A stretch of 64,000 nt of DNA from Prasinococcaceae sp. CCMP 1430 (Eukaryota > Plantae > Prasinodermophyta), in NCBI GenBank assembly GCA_013416795.1, contig RQSC01000009.1, positions 154,480 through 218,479 on the forward strand, in the 5' to 3' direction. Positions 21,961-33,001 of the stretch are shown here, piece by piece; position 1 is the stretch's first letter; each line of letters begins with the position of its first letter. The notes below the pieces were generated by a model that was not told the DNA's origin, did no database searches, and saw nothing but the letters and a program-made list of their open reading frames with translations. The translations under genes were made by a program, and so were the position numbers.

Positions 21961-23632
21961 TCCGGGCGGGCTCCTAGTATCCGCACCACTGCTCGCGGGC
22001 GGCGCCGATGGCAGCTCCGACAACGCAAGTGCGCTGCGCGACGATGCATCTGTGCTGGCGACGTGCGACAGCTGGCACCCGCTCGGCGCAGCAGCGAGGC
22101 ACTGGTGCGCGACGTTGCTCGAGAAGTCGCCGTCGGCGCCGTCGCGATCTGTGGAGCTGCGCCTCGTCGTGATACACAAGCTGCCGCAGGACCACCCCGA
22201 CGCAGACCCGGACGCCTTCGGGATGGGTGCCNCCGCGGGCGCGGGCGCGGCGGCGGCGGCTGGCGCCGCGGGCGCCCTGTGTGTGTTGCGGCTCTTTTTC
22301 TTTTTCTTTTTCTTTGTTTGCCGCGGTGCGGCATCAAAAAGTCGCACGGAGCGCCCATGCAGAGCGCGTCATTTGCCGAACAGAGTCGGTTGTGTTTTGA
22401 TGTATTGTTTGGCGGTGGGGGTCTCCGAAATTGAAGGCTCCTCGTGGTGGCGCGCGCGGCATGCGATTGATGATTGGATTTGGGCAGCGCGCGCCCGCGC
22501 CCGCGCGCCCGCGCTCGAGCTCCCGCTCCGTGAGTGGAGCGCAGTGGTGTGTTGCCCCGTTTGCGACGTGACGCGTGCGGCATAGGCAGGTGTCGATGAC
22601 AATCGCCATCGGAGGCGGGAGTGTCGGTCCCGGCGCCGGCCAAAGCCTCAGGGCCGGGTGAGGGGGGCGTCGCCTGAACAAGTCCGGTGAGCTTGTAATG
22701 ACCAGGATGAGCGTGTGCTCGAGCGCAGTGAGAGCTGGCTCCTTCAATACAGCTTTTACATGGAGTGGGCCCACCATGTTCGCGCATGACTGGAGTGCTG
22801 GTTCTATGCCCTCCACTTCCATGCTAGGCATATGCGCTCGAGCAGCTTGGCCATCGAGTCGAGCATGGCCGAGTTGAGGTTGGCTTCGACGTGGGCCAGG
22901 CGGTCCATGAGCTGGATCCGTCAGAGCGGGTGTACGCGATCGCATAGGGCGCAAAGCGGCTGGGGTGGCCGTCCAGCGCGCCGCGCGTACGCGTGCGCGT
23001 GTTTAAAACTCCATCAAAGCGGCGCCGGACGGCTACGCGTGTCGGCGCCGATGCCATTTTCTGTGCATTGCCACGCACAACCATGCATTGAAAGCGCCAT
23101 CAAAGCCGGGCCGCGCGGCCGCGCGCGTCGACACCGATGGCGGTGGCACGTAGACGTATTGAAAACGCCATCACAACGGGATGCGTCCCGACAAGGGGGG
23201 GGGGAGGGGGAGCGTGCGCGTGTGACTTGACCTTCTCGTGGGGCTCAGAGGGTTACCGCGAGGCTGCAAAACAAGGTAATTTGGGTTCGCCCCGCCTACC
23301 ACACGGCATCGTTCGGGTGTGTAAACTCATCACAGTTCCAATTGAATGGAAGGTTCAGTGAACCCTAACTTTCGGGTTTCCGTTTTGCGCGCGGCGCCCC
23401 GAAAGCGCGCCCGATTGTGGCCTGCGTGGAAACGTCAGTCGCCCGTGGGTACATCCGGGTACATCCGAAGATCCCTTTCGTAACACCGCGCACGGCGCGC
23501 CTTTGAGGTTTTTGTGATCGTAACCCAAACCCACCGCCTCGGCAATTGTGTTTACAATCAGGCCAAAGTGAGAGCAAAAGGATCTTTTTTGTGAACCCTA
23601 TTTTCAGAGGGAAGCGCGGCAAAAAGGGGCTT

Positions 23633-24399
23633 TGGGACGGAAGATGAAGCGGCACTGGTGCTCGCGGTATCCCCGCGCGAACGACACGAACGCCTTGGTG
23701 GCCTTCTCCAGCAGGTCGCGGTCTGCCGCCATGGCTGCGCGGGCAGACTGCAACAGCTCGTCCGACTCGGAGGCCATCCCCTCGCTGACGCTGACCTCCG
23801 CCTCCTCGACGCCCTCGCCATCATCCTCGCCGCTGCTCACTCGACCGGCCGCGTCCTCCCCTCCCGCCTCGAGCGGCACCTGCACGACGGGAACCTTTCT
23901 AATGTGCAGAAACTCGACGTACGAGTCCTCGTGCGGCATGAGCAGCGCGAGGCTCGCGCCGCGCTTGCCCATGCGCGCGGCGCGCCCTACGCGATGCACG
24001 AAGGCGTTTGGATCCTGTGGAGCGTCAAATTGCACCACCCAGTCAACGTCGGGGATGTCGAGGCCACGCGCGGCCACATCGGTACACAGCAGTGCCGCAG
24101 AGCTCTGCCCCGCGAACGCTGCCAGCGCTGCGTCGCGCTGGCGCTGCGGCTGGCGGCCGTGCAGCGCGTGGAGCGGCGGTAGCGCGCGCGCGCCATCCAG
24201 ACCGAGCACCGGCAGCAGTGCCGCGAAGTAGTCCACGCAGGCACATGTGAGGAAGTACACGATGAGCTTCTCCTCCCGGTGCTCCGCCAGGAAGCGGCAG
24301 AGCGCCGTCAGTTTGTGCCGCGCGGGCGCAAGCGCGTACTTGAGCTCAAGCGTCTCGGGGGTGCGCTGCTGGGAGGAGCCGCCACCGGCCGCGCCGCCG
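23633..24399 (-). CDS. DDX55: DEAD-box RNA helicase DDX55/Spb4/RH18, helicase-C half only
   Basis: TPETLELKY, KLIVYFLTCACVDY, CTDVAARGLDIPDVDWVVQFDAPQDPNAFVHRVGRAARMG, DRDLLEKATKAFVSFARGYREHQCRFIF. 5' cut at N 24400; the usual C-terminal extension is missing. Confidence 0.88.
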
Positions 24400-24400
24400 N

Positions 24401-27400
24401 ACGCCTACGGCCGCGCGCCGCTGCACGCGGCCGCCATGCGCGCGTCCAAGCGGCTCGGCGGCGCGGGCTCAAAGAGCGGCACGCCCGACATCGTGCGCGC
24501 GCTGCTCGCGCGCGGAGCGGACGCGTCGCTCGCCGACGCCAACGGCTGGACGCCGCTGCACTTCGCGTGCTGCCACGGCGACCGCGGCATCGAGGCGATC
24601 GAGGAGCTGCTCAAGGCGGGCGCCGACCCGTTTGCGAAGACGGCCGAGGGGGTGTGCGCGCTCGGTCTGGTGCTCGCGCTCGAAGAGCAGTGCACCAGGC
24701 GCGACAGGTGCGAGGACGCCGTCCTCGCGCTGCGCGCCGCGCGGGTGGTGCGCGCGGCGGTGCTCGCGGCGGCGGCGGACGAGGGCGAGTCGGTGCACGA
24801 GTGCATGCCGCTGCCGACCATGTCCACCGAGATGCGCAGCCGCCTGGCGCGCGTGTCGGCGCACATGCCCAACGCTGCCGAGCGGCGCGAGGAGGACGCG
24901 CTGCGCGCGCACGCGCGCGGCGCGCTGCCCGCCCTCGTCGTGCACGCGCCCGCGGTCGGCGGCCGCCGCGCCGGAGGCGGGGAGGGGCTCAGCCGCGAGG
25001 AGGCCATCTCCCGCGGGGTGGCCGCGCTGCGCGCGCTGTGGCCCGCGTGCGACGTGCTGCCGCGCGCCGAGCGCTCGGCGCACGGCATGCACGGGCAGCG
25101 CCGGAAGGGCGCCCACGGCGCGGGCGACGGTGGTCTGGCGTACACGCTATCCCGCTGCGCGCGCTACCTCGCCAAGGGGGCGCCGCGCGACAATGAGATA
25201 AACGCGGCGCTGCGCCGCTTCGTCGGCTCGCAGGTCGACGCCAAGACGGGCGACATCGACGTCCTGCACTGCTGCTTCCACCTGCGCGTGTCGGTGACCG
25301 TCTTCAAGGCGATGGGCTTCCCGCAGCTTGGCGAGGCCTTCCTCGCGGCCCCCGACGAGGGTCGCAAGCGCTGGCTGCGGCAGCTGCTGCCCGTGCGCTG
25401 CTACGCGCCGGGCGCGCCCGGCAGGCCGCCGCTGCTCGTGTGGCGCGTGGCCAACCTGCACCCGGAGGCCATCCTCAAGAACTTCACGCAGGCGGAGATC
25501 GTGGCGGCGATGATGTCCGTGGTGGTCCGCGCGCTGCAGCACGAGGCCGAGGGGCGCTCGGAGGACAGCGCCGTCACGGTGTACGACTTCCGCCACTTCT
25601 CGCTCTCCAAGCTGAAGACCGACACGTCGAGGGCCCTCGGCGACGCGCTGAAGGACTTCCTGGCGTCCATCCCGGACATGCAGTCCAAGCAGTACATGGT
25701 GCACACGCCGCTGTACTTCAAGGCGGCGTCGGCCTTCGCCCTGTCGATGGTGGACGAGAACACCGCCCGCAAGATCGTCGTGTCCGCTGGCGCCAAGGCG
25801 GCAGAGCTCGCGCGCGTGTGCGGCGGGCCGGATGGGGTGCCGCCGCCGCTGAGGCCGCACGGCGGAGAGGCCGCCGCGCAGGCCGAGTACGCCACCGCCG
25901 GGAGCAAGCTCGTGCGGGACGGCACGGACGTGACCATCAAGCACAAGGGCATGTACTTCTTTCGCGTGGATATCGTCGACGAGGGGCAGGCGCTCCACTT
26001 CGAGTTCACCTCGAGCCGCACGGTGGCCTTCTTCATCAACAGGGAGCCACTCCTCGGGGGCGCGCGCGACCCCGAGAAAGGCGCCCCGAAAAGCGGCTCC
26101 CACGACGCGGCGCAGGGCGCCTCCTCCAGAAACCCGGCCCCTGCGGTCGAGCCCTGGGAGCGCGAGTTTGGATACGACGCGCGCACGCAGGTCTTTTCCG
26201 GCGCGGGCGGCGGCAGCAGCTTAGAGGACACGGTGCTGCGCTGGCCAGAGGTGGGCGCGCAGCACTGCAGCGCCGTGGGCGTGCTCAAGGGCGAGGCGGG
26301 CGGGCGGACCGGCCTTCGTCCGGGGACGTACACGCTCGCGTGGGACAACATGAAGCCCTCGGGCGTCTCCAGCGGCAATGCCAAGCTGCGCTACGCCGTG
26401 TGGGTGTCGCCCGCCACGCACATGTCCATCGGGTACGACACGTTTGAGGGCGAGCGCGTCTCTTCAAAAGCAGGCGGACCGGCGCTCGCGAACGGCGCGG
26501 CCGCTGCGCTGCGCACTGCCGACCTCGCCTATCAGCATTCCTCCGCCGACGGCGGGGCGTGCGCGTCGAGCGACGACGCGCTCTTCGGCTCGGCGGCGGC
26601 GGCGGCGGCAAGTGCTGCGTCCGCCGCCGCCGTCGCTGCGGCGGAATTGTCGGCGGCCGCGGCCGCAGCCGCGGCCGAGGCGGCCTACGCAGCCGCAGCA
26701 GAGGGCTGGAGCTGGTGTCGGTCGGCGTCCGTGTCCCTCTCGGAGTTGGACCGCGCAGGGTCGTTCGAGCTCATGCGCTCGGGCTCATTTTCGGCCACCT
26801 TCCACGACGCGCTGCCGCACTTCACCCCGACGCTCGACATCAAGGTGACCAAGCGCGCGGCGGACGATGACGCCACGGTGCTCAATCCTCACGGCGACGA
26901 CGAGCTGATGCGGCTCGAATCGGAGGAGCACGCGTCGGTCGGCTCGGCGTCGGACATGGACTCGCTCGAGCTGCTCTTCCCGAACGGGAGCGCGACACGA
27001 GGTGACAGCCTCGACACGGACGGCGACGGTGCCGCCGCCGCCGCCGGGGGCAGCAATGACTCTGCTCCTTCAACCCCGATGGCGAGGCACAGCGGCAGCA
27101 ACGGGACGGCGAGCCGGATGGCGATGCGGCTCAAGCAGGAGGAAGCAGCTGGAGGCGATCTGACCCCGCGCCAGCGGCGTCGAAAGGAACGCCAAGCGAG
27201 GCGCCAGGCGCAGCGCGCGGCGCGCAAGGCGCGCCACAGTAGGCATCGCGCCGCACGCGGCGTTGGCGCCATGCTCGTGTCGCCCTCGGCGCGCGGCGAG
27301 TACAGCGGCGAGCGGCGACACAAGCGACGTTGGAACCCCTTCGCAGTTTGCTTATCTCCCTGCGTGGCCGACGCGCCGGCTGGATACGTGCCGCTGGAAT

Positions 27401-27975
27401 GGAACGAGGAGACAGCGGCCAGCAATGGCTCTGCCGTCGTGGCGGGGGGGGCTACGAGCAAGGGCGACGGCGCCCTTGCGGCGACTGGTGCGGGAAGCGA
27501 CGATGCGGCCGGCGCTGATTGCGCTGGCTTGGGCGGCCTGCAGGGTGCCAATGGAGGCCCCGCCGTGCGCCTATCTTCCAAGCAGAACCTGCACGCGTCC
27601 TTCGCTGCAGTCGCGGCCGCAACCGCGGCAGATGCCGCCGCTGGCGCCGGCACCGCCTCTGAGGCTGCGGTAAGGGCCGCCACCGCCGCGGCAGAGGCGG
27701 CGACTGGCGATGACGTCGCTGCGGTGGCACGCTCCTGCAACGGCGCCGCTCGCGCTGGCTCGACCACAGCTCAAGACCGCTTGCGAGCCGCGACGGCCGA
27801 GGTCGAGGCCGCGCGGGAGCAGCTTCGAACCGCCGCGCACGCGCGGCTCGCGGGGCCTCTCCAACATGGCGCGCATGCAACGCTTGCCTACAGCGGCCCG
27901 ATCGCGATGACGCTCGTGGCGCTGCTCGCGGCGTGGGCCGCGCACGTGGCGCTGGTCGCCACAGGCGGGGCGTAG
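24401..27975 (+). CDS. Ankyrin repeats + CRAL-TRIO (Sec14) + GOLD-like + C-terminal TM protein; 5' truncated
   Basis: GRAPLHAAA and GWTPLHFAC (ANK); GRPPLLVWRV...VYDFRHFSL...QYMVHTPLYFKA...TARKIVV (CRAL-TRIO); FEFTS...GTYTLAWDN...KLRYAV (GOLD); hydrophobic tail. Confidence 0.75.
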
Positions 27976-28277
27976 TCTGACGCATCTAACACATTTTGTG
28001 ACGTTACCTTCCGAGCGACCGCCGCTCGGTCCGCCCCGCAGACCCTCGTGGAGGCCGCCCGCTCGGGCGACCAGGTCGCCCGCGCCAGCCGCCGGGCTCC
28101 CGAGCTGAGGAGGCCGCCCGCCGGCCGGACGGCGCCCCTCTCGACCCCACACCGCGCGGCGCCGCGGCGCCGCAGCACGCGGCGCCCCTCGCGGAGGCGC
28201 CCGTGTGTACGCACAACGTGTATGTGAATGAACGATCTCACGAAGATGCATTTTGATGGCACTGCGAGTGGATATGG

Positions 28278-30573
28278 GTGCGCAGTCGCGGTGACCATAT
28301 CTGGTCGCCGCGCCAGTCCGCGAGCGCGGCGCGCGGGCGTGTGCGGGTGTGGGTGGGTGGTGGTGGCGATGGCGACGGCGGCGGCACGAGCGGGCGGCAT
28401 GGCGGCGCAGCAGCAGAGGAGGAGGATGACGAAGGCGCGTGGCCAGTGTACACGCCCGCGCCGCCGGACAGCGAAAGCGGCGTGCGGCACGCGGGCCTGA
28501 CGCCATTCCCGTTCGAGAGCGATCACGAACGCGGGGTCACGCCTGCGCGCGTGCCTGCGCTGCCGCCGCAGCCACCCGCCTCATCCAGCAGCGCGGCGCA
28601 GGACGAGGGCGTAGACGTTCTTATCCACAACGTGTCCCACACAGACATGCTGGTGGACATCTCCGTTGGCGCCAGCGCTGGCGACGGGCGCGCAGGCAGG
28701 CGCACGTACGACTTCAGCGCGCCCAAGGGCGACGCGTGGGCGAGGCGGGGTTGCGTGCTCGCGCGCCCGAAGTTCTCCCACTATGACAATGTGAGCTGCG
28801 CAATCCTGCGTGCCATCGACGCGGGCGGCTCGTGCAGCTCAAGCGCAAACGGCGGCGGCGATGGGGGTGGCGACGGCAGTGGCAGCGGTAAAGGCGACGG
28901 CAGCGGCGCAGTGCCGCACCCGGCCATCATCTGCCGCGACTCGGACGTCTACACGCGCGTGCCGTGCGGCTTCGACCTTAGCGGGGCCCCGGTCACGCTG
29001 CCCGGCTGGGGGGCGCTACACCTGCGCTCGCTCAAGGGCGACGACATCCAAGCCGAGATGGAGGCGACCGAGACGCCCCTCGCGGTCGCCGTGTACTTTC
29101 CGCTGATCAGCGTCGTGCTACCCAAGTGGCTGCGCGAGGCGAGCGAGGCGCATCCGCGCTCGCGAAAGGTGGTGTATTTAGTGAGCGGCTGCGGGGCGCC
29201 GCGAGACATCACGCAGGCCGAGGAGGCCAACTCGACGCTGCGCGCGGCGCAAGCGATGCGCCGGCTGCTCGACGCGGCGTACGGCCACCTCGTGAGCTTT
29301 CACATCGTCGACAGTGGCAGCGGCGTCTTCCACTACGGCGCCAACGTTCGATTCGTGTCGCGCGAGCTGAGCCCGCGGCTGGCGGAGCACAGGCGAAGGC
29401 TGGCGCTCGAGTTCGGCGAGGGGTGGGGGGACGTGATGAACGTCACCCTGAGCCTGTGCGACGGCCCGCCGGCGCGCATGGCGGCGCTGAGCGCCGGCCT
29501 CCGCTGGTACAAGCCCAGCACGCTGCACATGTGGCAGCTCAAGAGCTTCTGGCACGAAGGTTCCATGCTCGAGGAGGTGGTGCACATGCAGAGCTTCGCG
29601 CAGGCGGAGGGCACGCCCTCCACGCCGGTGGCGTCGCACACCAACGCCGCGGTGCGCGCGCTGGTGGCCGAGATGGTCAAGTTCCGTGACACGTTCATTC
29701 AATCGTTGGGCTCCGGTAAGCAAGAGATGAGCAGCTTCTGGATGCGCAAGACCAAGAAGCCCGTGCTGGCGGTGCTCATGGTGCGCGGCAAGCGCGAGGG
29801 TGATCCGCCGGTCTTCTACAGGGGCGTGAATCTGGAGGTGTCCATGCCCACGGGTTCGTTGTGCTCGGAGCGCAACGTCATCGGCACCGCGCTGGCGGCG
29901 GACCCCGCGCTTCAGCGCCAGGACCTATTGATGATCGCCGTCCTCAGCCTCAGTCTCTTCGCCCACATGAAGGACAAGCAGGCGGCGTACGGGGACTTCG
30001 TCGCGGACGCCAGTGGCAGCGAGGTTGCGGCCTCGGCAGCGAATGGATCCGCCCTGGGCGCCTGCCCACCGCAAACAACCGCGTCGGCACCCACGTCGCC
30101 ATTCAGGGGCGGCGTGCTGCGTCCTCCGCGGCGGCCAAAGGACGCTACCCAAAGGTGCGCGCGCGCAGCGAACGACGGCCTGACCGCCTTGCGCGCCGAC
30201 GCAACAGGGTCTGACACTCTCTTTCGCGCGCGCGCGCATCTCTCGCAGGCGACTCATTCTAGAGGACGCCTCCTCCGTGGGTTCGGCATCTTCGCCGGCG
30301 TCGGACGACACCCGCCCGGCGGCCTCGCTGCTGCGTGGCAGCGGCAGCCAAGTTGATCTGAAGGCGCTGCTCGCCGAGAGCGTGCGGACCGAGCGCGGCT
30401 CCGACGACCGCGACGAGGTGCGCTGGGAGCGAGCGATGAATCCGCTTGCACCTTGTGGTGCTTGCACGGAGTGGATCAAGAAGCTCATGGAGGTCAACCC
30501 AGACTTCAAGGTGGTGACGTTCACCTCGGCGAGCTGCGCTCGGGTGTTCGTGAAATCGATTGACCTCTCGTAG
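28278..30573 (+). CDS. Large cytidine/deoxycytidylate deaminase-like protein (Zn CSER...PCGAC); intron 30155-30248; start uncertain
   Basis: FWMRKTKKPVLAVL...YRGVNLEVSMPTGSLCSERNVIGTALA...NPLAPCGACTEWIKK. Splicing joins ORF 28278 to ORF 30277 in frame. Confidence 0.8.
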
Positions 30574-30724
30574 CATTTGCTGCGCGGTGCGCGCGTGTGT
30601 AATTCCTAATATGTTGCAATTAGTGCGAGTGCGCCATCGCCGCAGGGCTCACGTATGGCACGGTGTTGTGAATGAGCGCCAGGCCTCCTTTGCTTTGGCG
30701 CCGCGCGCCGCCGCGCGCGTCAGC

Positions 30725-33001
30725 TTATCCCAGCTGAACCTTCGACCTGTGTGCAATGCCCGCGAACTGCCGGCGGCGCGCAGCCACCGGCTCCTCGGCG
30801 TTGGCGACCGCGGTCGAGGCGTGCGCCTTTCCAGCATGGCGGCGCATGGCTACCGGCTTCTCCTCAAGGGCGAAAACAGTCGAGGCGTGCGCCTTTCCAG
30901 CGTGACGGCGCGTGGCCACCGGCTTCTCCTCAAGGGCGAACACGGTCGAGGTGTGCCCCTTGCCAGCGTGGCGGCGCGCGGCCACCGGCTTGTCCTCAAG
31001 GGCGAACACGGTCGAGGCGACGTTCTTTCCAGCATGGCGGCCACCGTAGCCCGCCAGTGGCAGGCTGTCGCTAGGCTTGCGCAACGAGAGGCCCGCGCCA
31101 GGAGTGCTCTCGCCGCCGTCGCCGTCCACGCTACCGTCGCGGCCCACGCTAGAGCCGATTTCGCCAGACTTTTGCTGCTGGTGCCGCGTACGCGAGCGCC
31201 CACCCTTGCGCTCAGTGCCACGGCTAGCGCGGCGGCCGCGGGCCCGAGCCTCCTCGCCATTCTCCGGTGCGCCCGCGCGGGCGTGCTCCCCCTCTACCGA
31301 CGCTCGGTGCGAGCTGCCCCTGTCGGGCTGCACACGCTTCGTCGGTGCATCTTCCATGCACGCACGCACGGTCTCCGAGTGGCCGTAGCGCTCGTATTTT
31401 CGCGCGCGGCGTGGCTCAAGCGACGCAGGGGGCATAAACACGTTCAGAGGCTCGCCTTGCGCGGCGCCCGGATCGGATGCCTCGGTCGGATTGACGGGCT
31501 TCCCAGCGGCGCGCATTTCGTGCGGCCCCGCCTTTGCGCCTGCGCTCGCTCCTCTGCCGTCGTGCGAGTCTCTGGCGTGCTCCGGCGCGGGCGACGTGTT
31601 GTCGCGTCGAGCGCGGCGACGGCGCGCACGTGCAATAGTTTCGGGGTTGCTCTCTTTCCCATTGGGCTGCGGTGCGCCCGCGGCGCCGCCCTTCAGCACC
31701 ACGCTATCCTGCGTGCGGCCGGCGTGCGTGCGGCCGTACACGCGTGGCAGCGCGAAGTGCCGGCGAGACTTGCCCGGCGCAGCCTTGCGTCCTGGCTCCT
31801 TCGCACCGCGCGCGTACTCGCCGCCCGTCGCGAAGGGCGCAGCCGCGTCCGGCGCGAACGCCACGCGCTGCGCGTGCCGGTTCCGCAGCCGACGGTGCGA
31901 GTTCTCGCGCGGCTCGCGCTGGTGCGCCATCTTCGACGCGCGGTTCCCGTGGGTGCCCGCGTGAAGCGACAGGCCGTTGTCATAGAGACCAATCGACGGC
32001 GCATCGCCGACCTCGGATGTGGCGTACGAGGTGTACGCCGAGCTGTACATCGACGGCGTGTAGCTCGCGCTGTGCGCGCCGCCACGGCTGTGGCCGCCGC
32101 TGCGCAGGCGCCCGCCGCGCGCGCTCGCGCTGTACGTTGAGCGCGACGATGCCACCGAATAGGGCGTCATGGTACCGCTCGCGCCGTAGTCGTCATCATC
32201 GCCCGACCATGCGTCGTAGGAGCGCTGCGAGAAGTTGTCGTGGCCGCCCATGGACGGCGTGTCCGCGCCGCCGACTTCGGAAGGGGCGCGCGAGGTGTAC
32301 ACCGAGCTGTACATCGACGTCGTGTGGCTCGCGCTGTACGAGCCGCCACGGCTGTAGCCGCTGCTGCGCAGGCGCCCACCGCGCGGGCGCGAGCTGTATT
32401 CCGAGCGCGGCGACGCCACCGAATAGGGCGTCATGGGGCCGCTCGCACCGCCGCCGGCGTAGTCGTCGTCTGACGCGGCGTGATCGTTCTCAAACCCATT
32501 CTCCGCATCGCCGCTGTGTACGCGCGCGGGCGCCGTCCTCGCCAAGGAAGGCGCGTAGCTCCCTCGCGAGTGCGCGTGCGACCAGGGCGTTTCCTCGCCG
32601 CGCCCATGACGGGGGGCGAGGCGCGCGCGCGCGCGCGCATGCGCATGCGCATGCGGCGTGTCGCCCCCGCGCGTGCGCCGCCGCGGGGGTGCTGGCGCGG
32701 CGGCACCCGCCTCCGCGCGCGGCGATAACGCCGCACCGTCGCCCTCGGCACGCGTGTTCTGCTCCTCCGCGGAGCAGATGCGTTTGAGCTCGCGTGCAGC
32801 GCGCCTCAGCACCCGGCGCGTGGGCGTCGCCGTCCCGGAGGGTGCCGCCGACGTAGCCGCCGACGTACCCGCCGACGGTCCCGCCGACGGTCCCGCCGAC
32901 CCTGCCCACTCCCGCGCGGCGCGCACTGCGCCGGGCGGTGCGCGCCTTAGGCGCGTGCCATCGCGCCCACCCCGGCGCGCCTGCGCACGCCTACCGTCCA
33001 T
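30725..33001 (-). CDS. Low-complexity Ser/Gly/Arg-rich protein with internal repeats
   Basis: 758-aa ORF with an 88-codon duplication and a 4 x 22-codon tandem repeat, both frame-preserving. Exon structure uncertain. Confidence 0.6.
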   Translation of the reverse strand: MDGRRAQARRGGRDGTRLRRAPPGAVRAAREWAGSAGPSAGPSAGTSAATSAAPSGTATPTRRVLRRAARELKRICSAEEQNTRAEGDGAALSPRAEAGAAAPAPPRRRTRGGDTPHAHAHARARARLAPRHGRGEETPWSHAHSRGSYAPSLARTAPARVHSGDAENGFENDHAASDDDYAGGGASGPMTPYSVASPRSEYSSRPRGGRLRSSGYSRGGSYSASHTTSMYSSVYTSRAPSEVGGADTPSMGGHDNFSQRSYDAWSGDDDDYGASGTMTPYSVASSRSTYSASARGGRLRSGGHSRGGAHSASYTPSMYSSAYTSYATSEVGDAPSIGLYDNGLSLHAGTHGNRASKMAHQREPRENSHRRLRNRHAQRVAFAPDAAAPFATGGEYARGAKEPGRKAAPGKSRRHFALPRVYGRTHAGRTQDSVVLKGGAAGAPQPNGKESNPETIARARRRRARRDNTSPAPEHARDSHDGRGASAGAKAGPHEMRAAGKPVNPTEASDPGAAQGEPLNVFMPPASLEPRRARKYERYGHSETVRACMEDAPTKRVQPDRGSSHRASVEGEHARAGAPENGEEARARGRRASRGTERKGGRSRTRHQQQKSGEIGSSVGRDGSVDGDGGESTPGAGLSLRKPSDSLPLAGYGGRHAGKNVASTVFALEDKPVAARRHAGKGHTSTVFALEEKPVATRRHAGKAHASTVFALEEKPVAMRRHAGKAHASTAVANAEEPVAARRRQFAGIAHRSKVQLG
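30784..31045 (-). repeat. 66-nt coding tandem repeat x4 (STVFALE[DE]KPVAxRRHAGKxHx)
   Basis: GTCGAGG anchors at 30813, 30879, 30945 and 31011 give a 66-nt period. Confidence 0.92.
32005..32470 (-). repeat. Imperfect 264-nt internal duplication (MTPYSVAS...GGRLRS.G.SRGG..SAS.T.SMYSS.YTS...SEVG)
   Basis: GAGCTGTACATCGAC at 32040 and 32304 (offset 264). Confidence 0.9.

Noticed and set aside
21975-22231. Plus-strand coding-like piece (…VELRLVVIHKLPQDHPDADPDAFGMGA) ending at N 22232
   Set aside because: Unidentifiable fragment; probably another stitched contig end.
22600-22930. Short coding-like minus-strand stretch (LMDRLAHVEANLNSAMLDSMAKLLER) with a repeated CTCGAGC
   Set aside because: No upstream exon, no recognisable family and no consistent splice model.
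30784-31045. Regularly spaced repeats as a possible CRISPR array
   Set aside because: The whole 66-nt unit is conserved and in frame within an ORF, there are no unique spacers or cas genes, and the host is eukaryotic.
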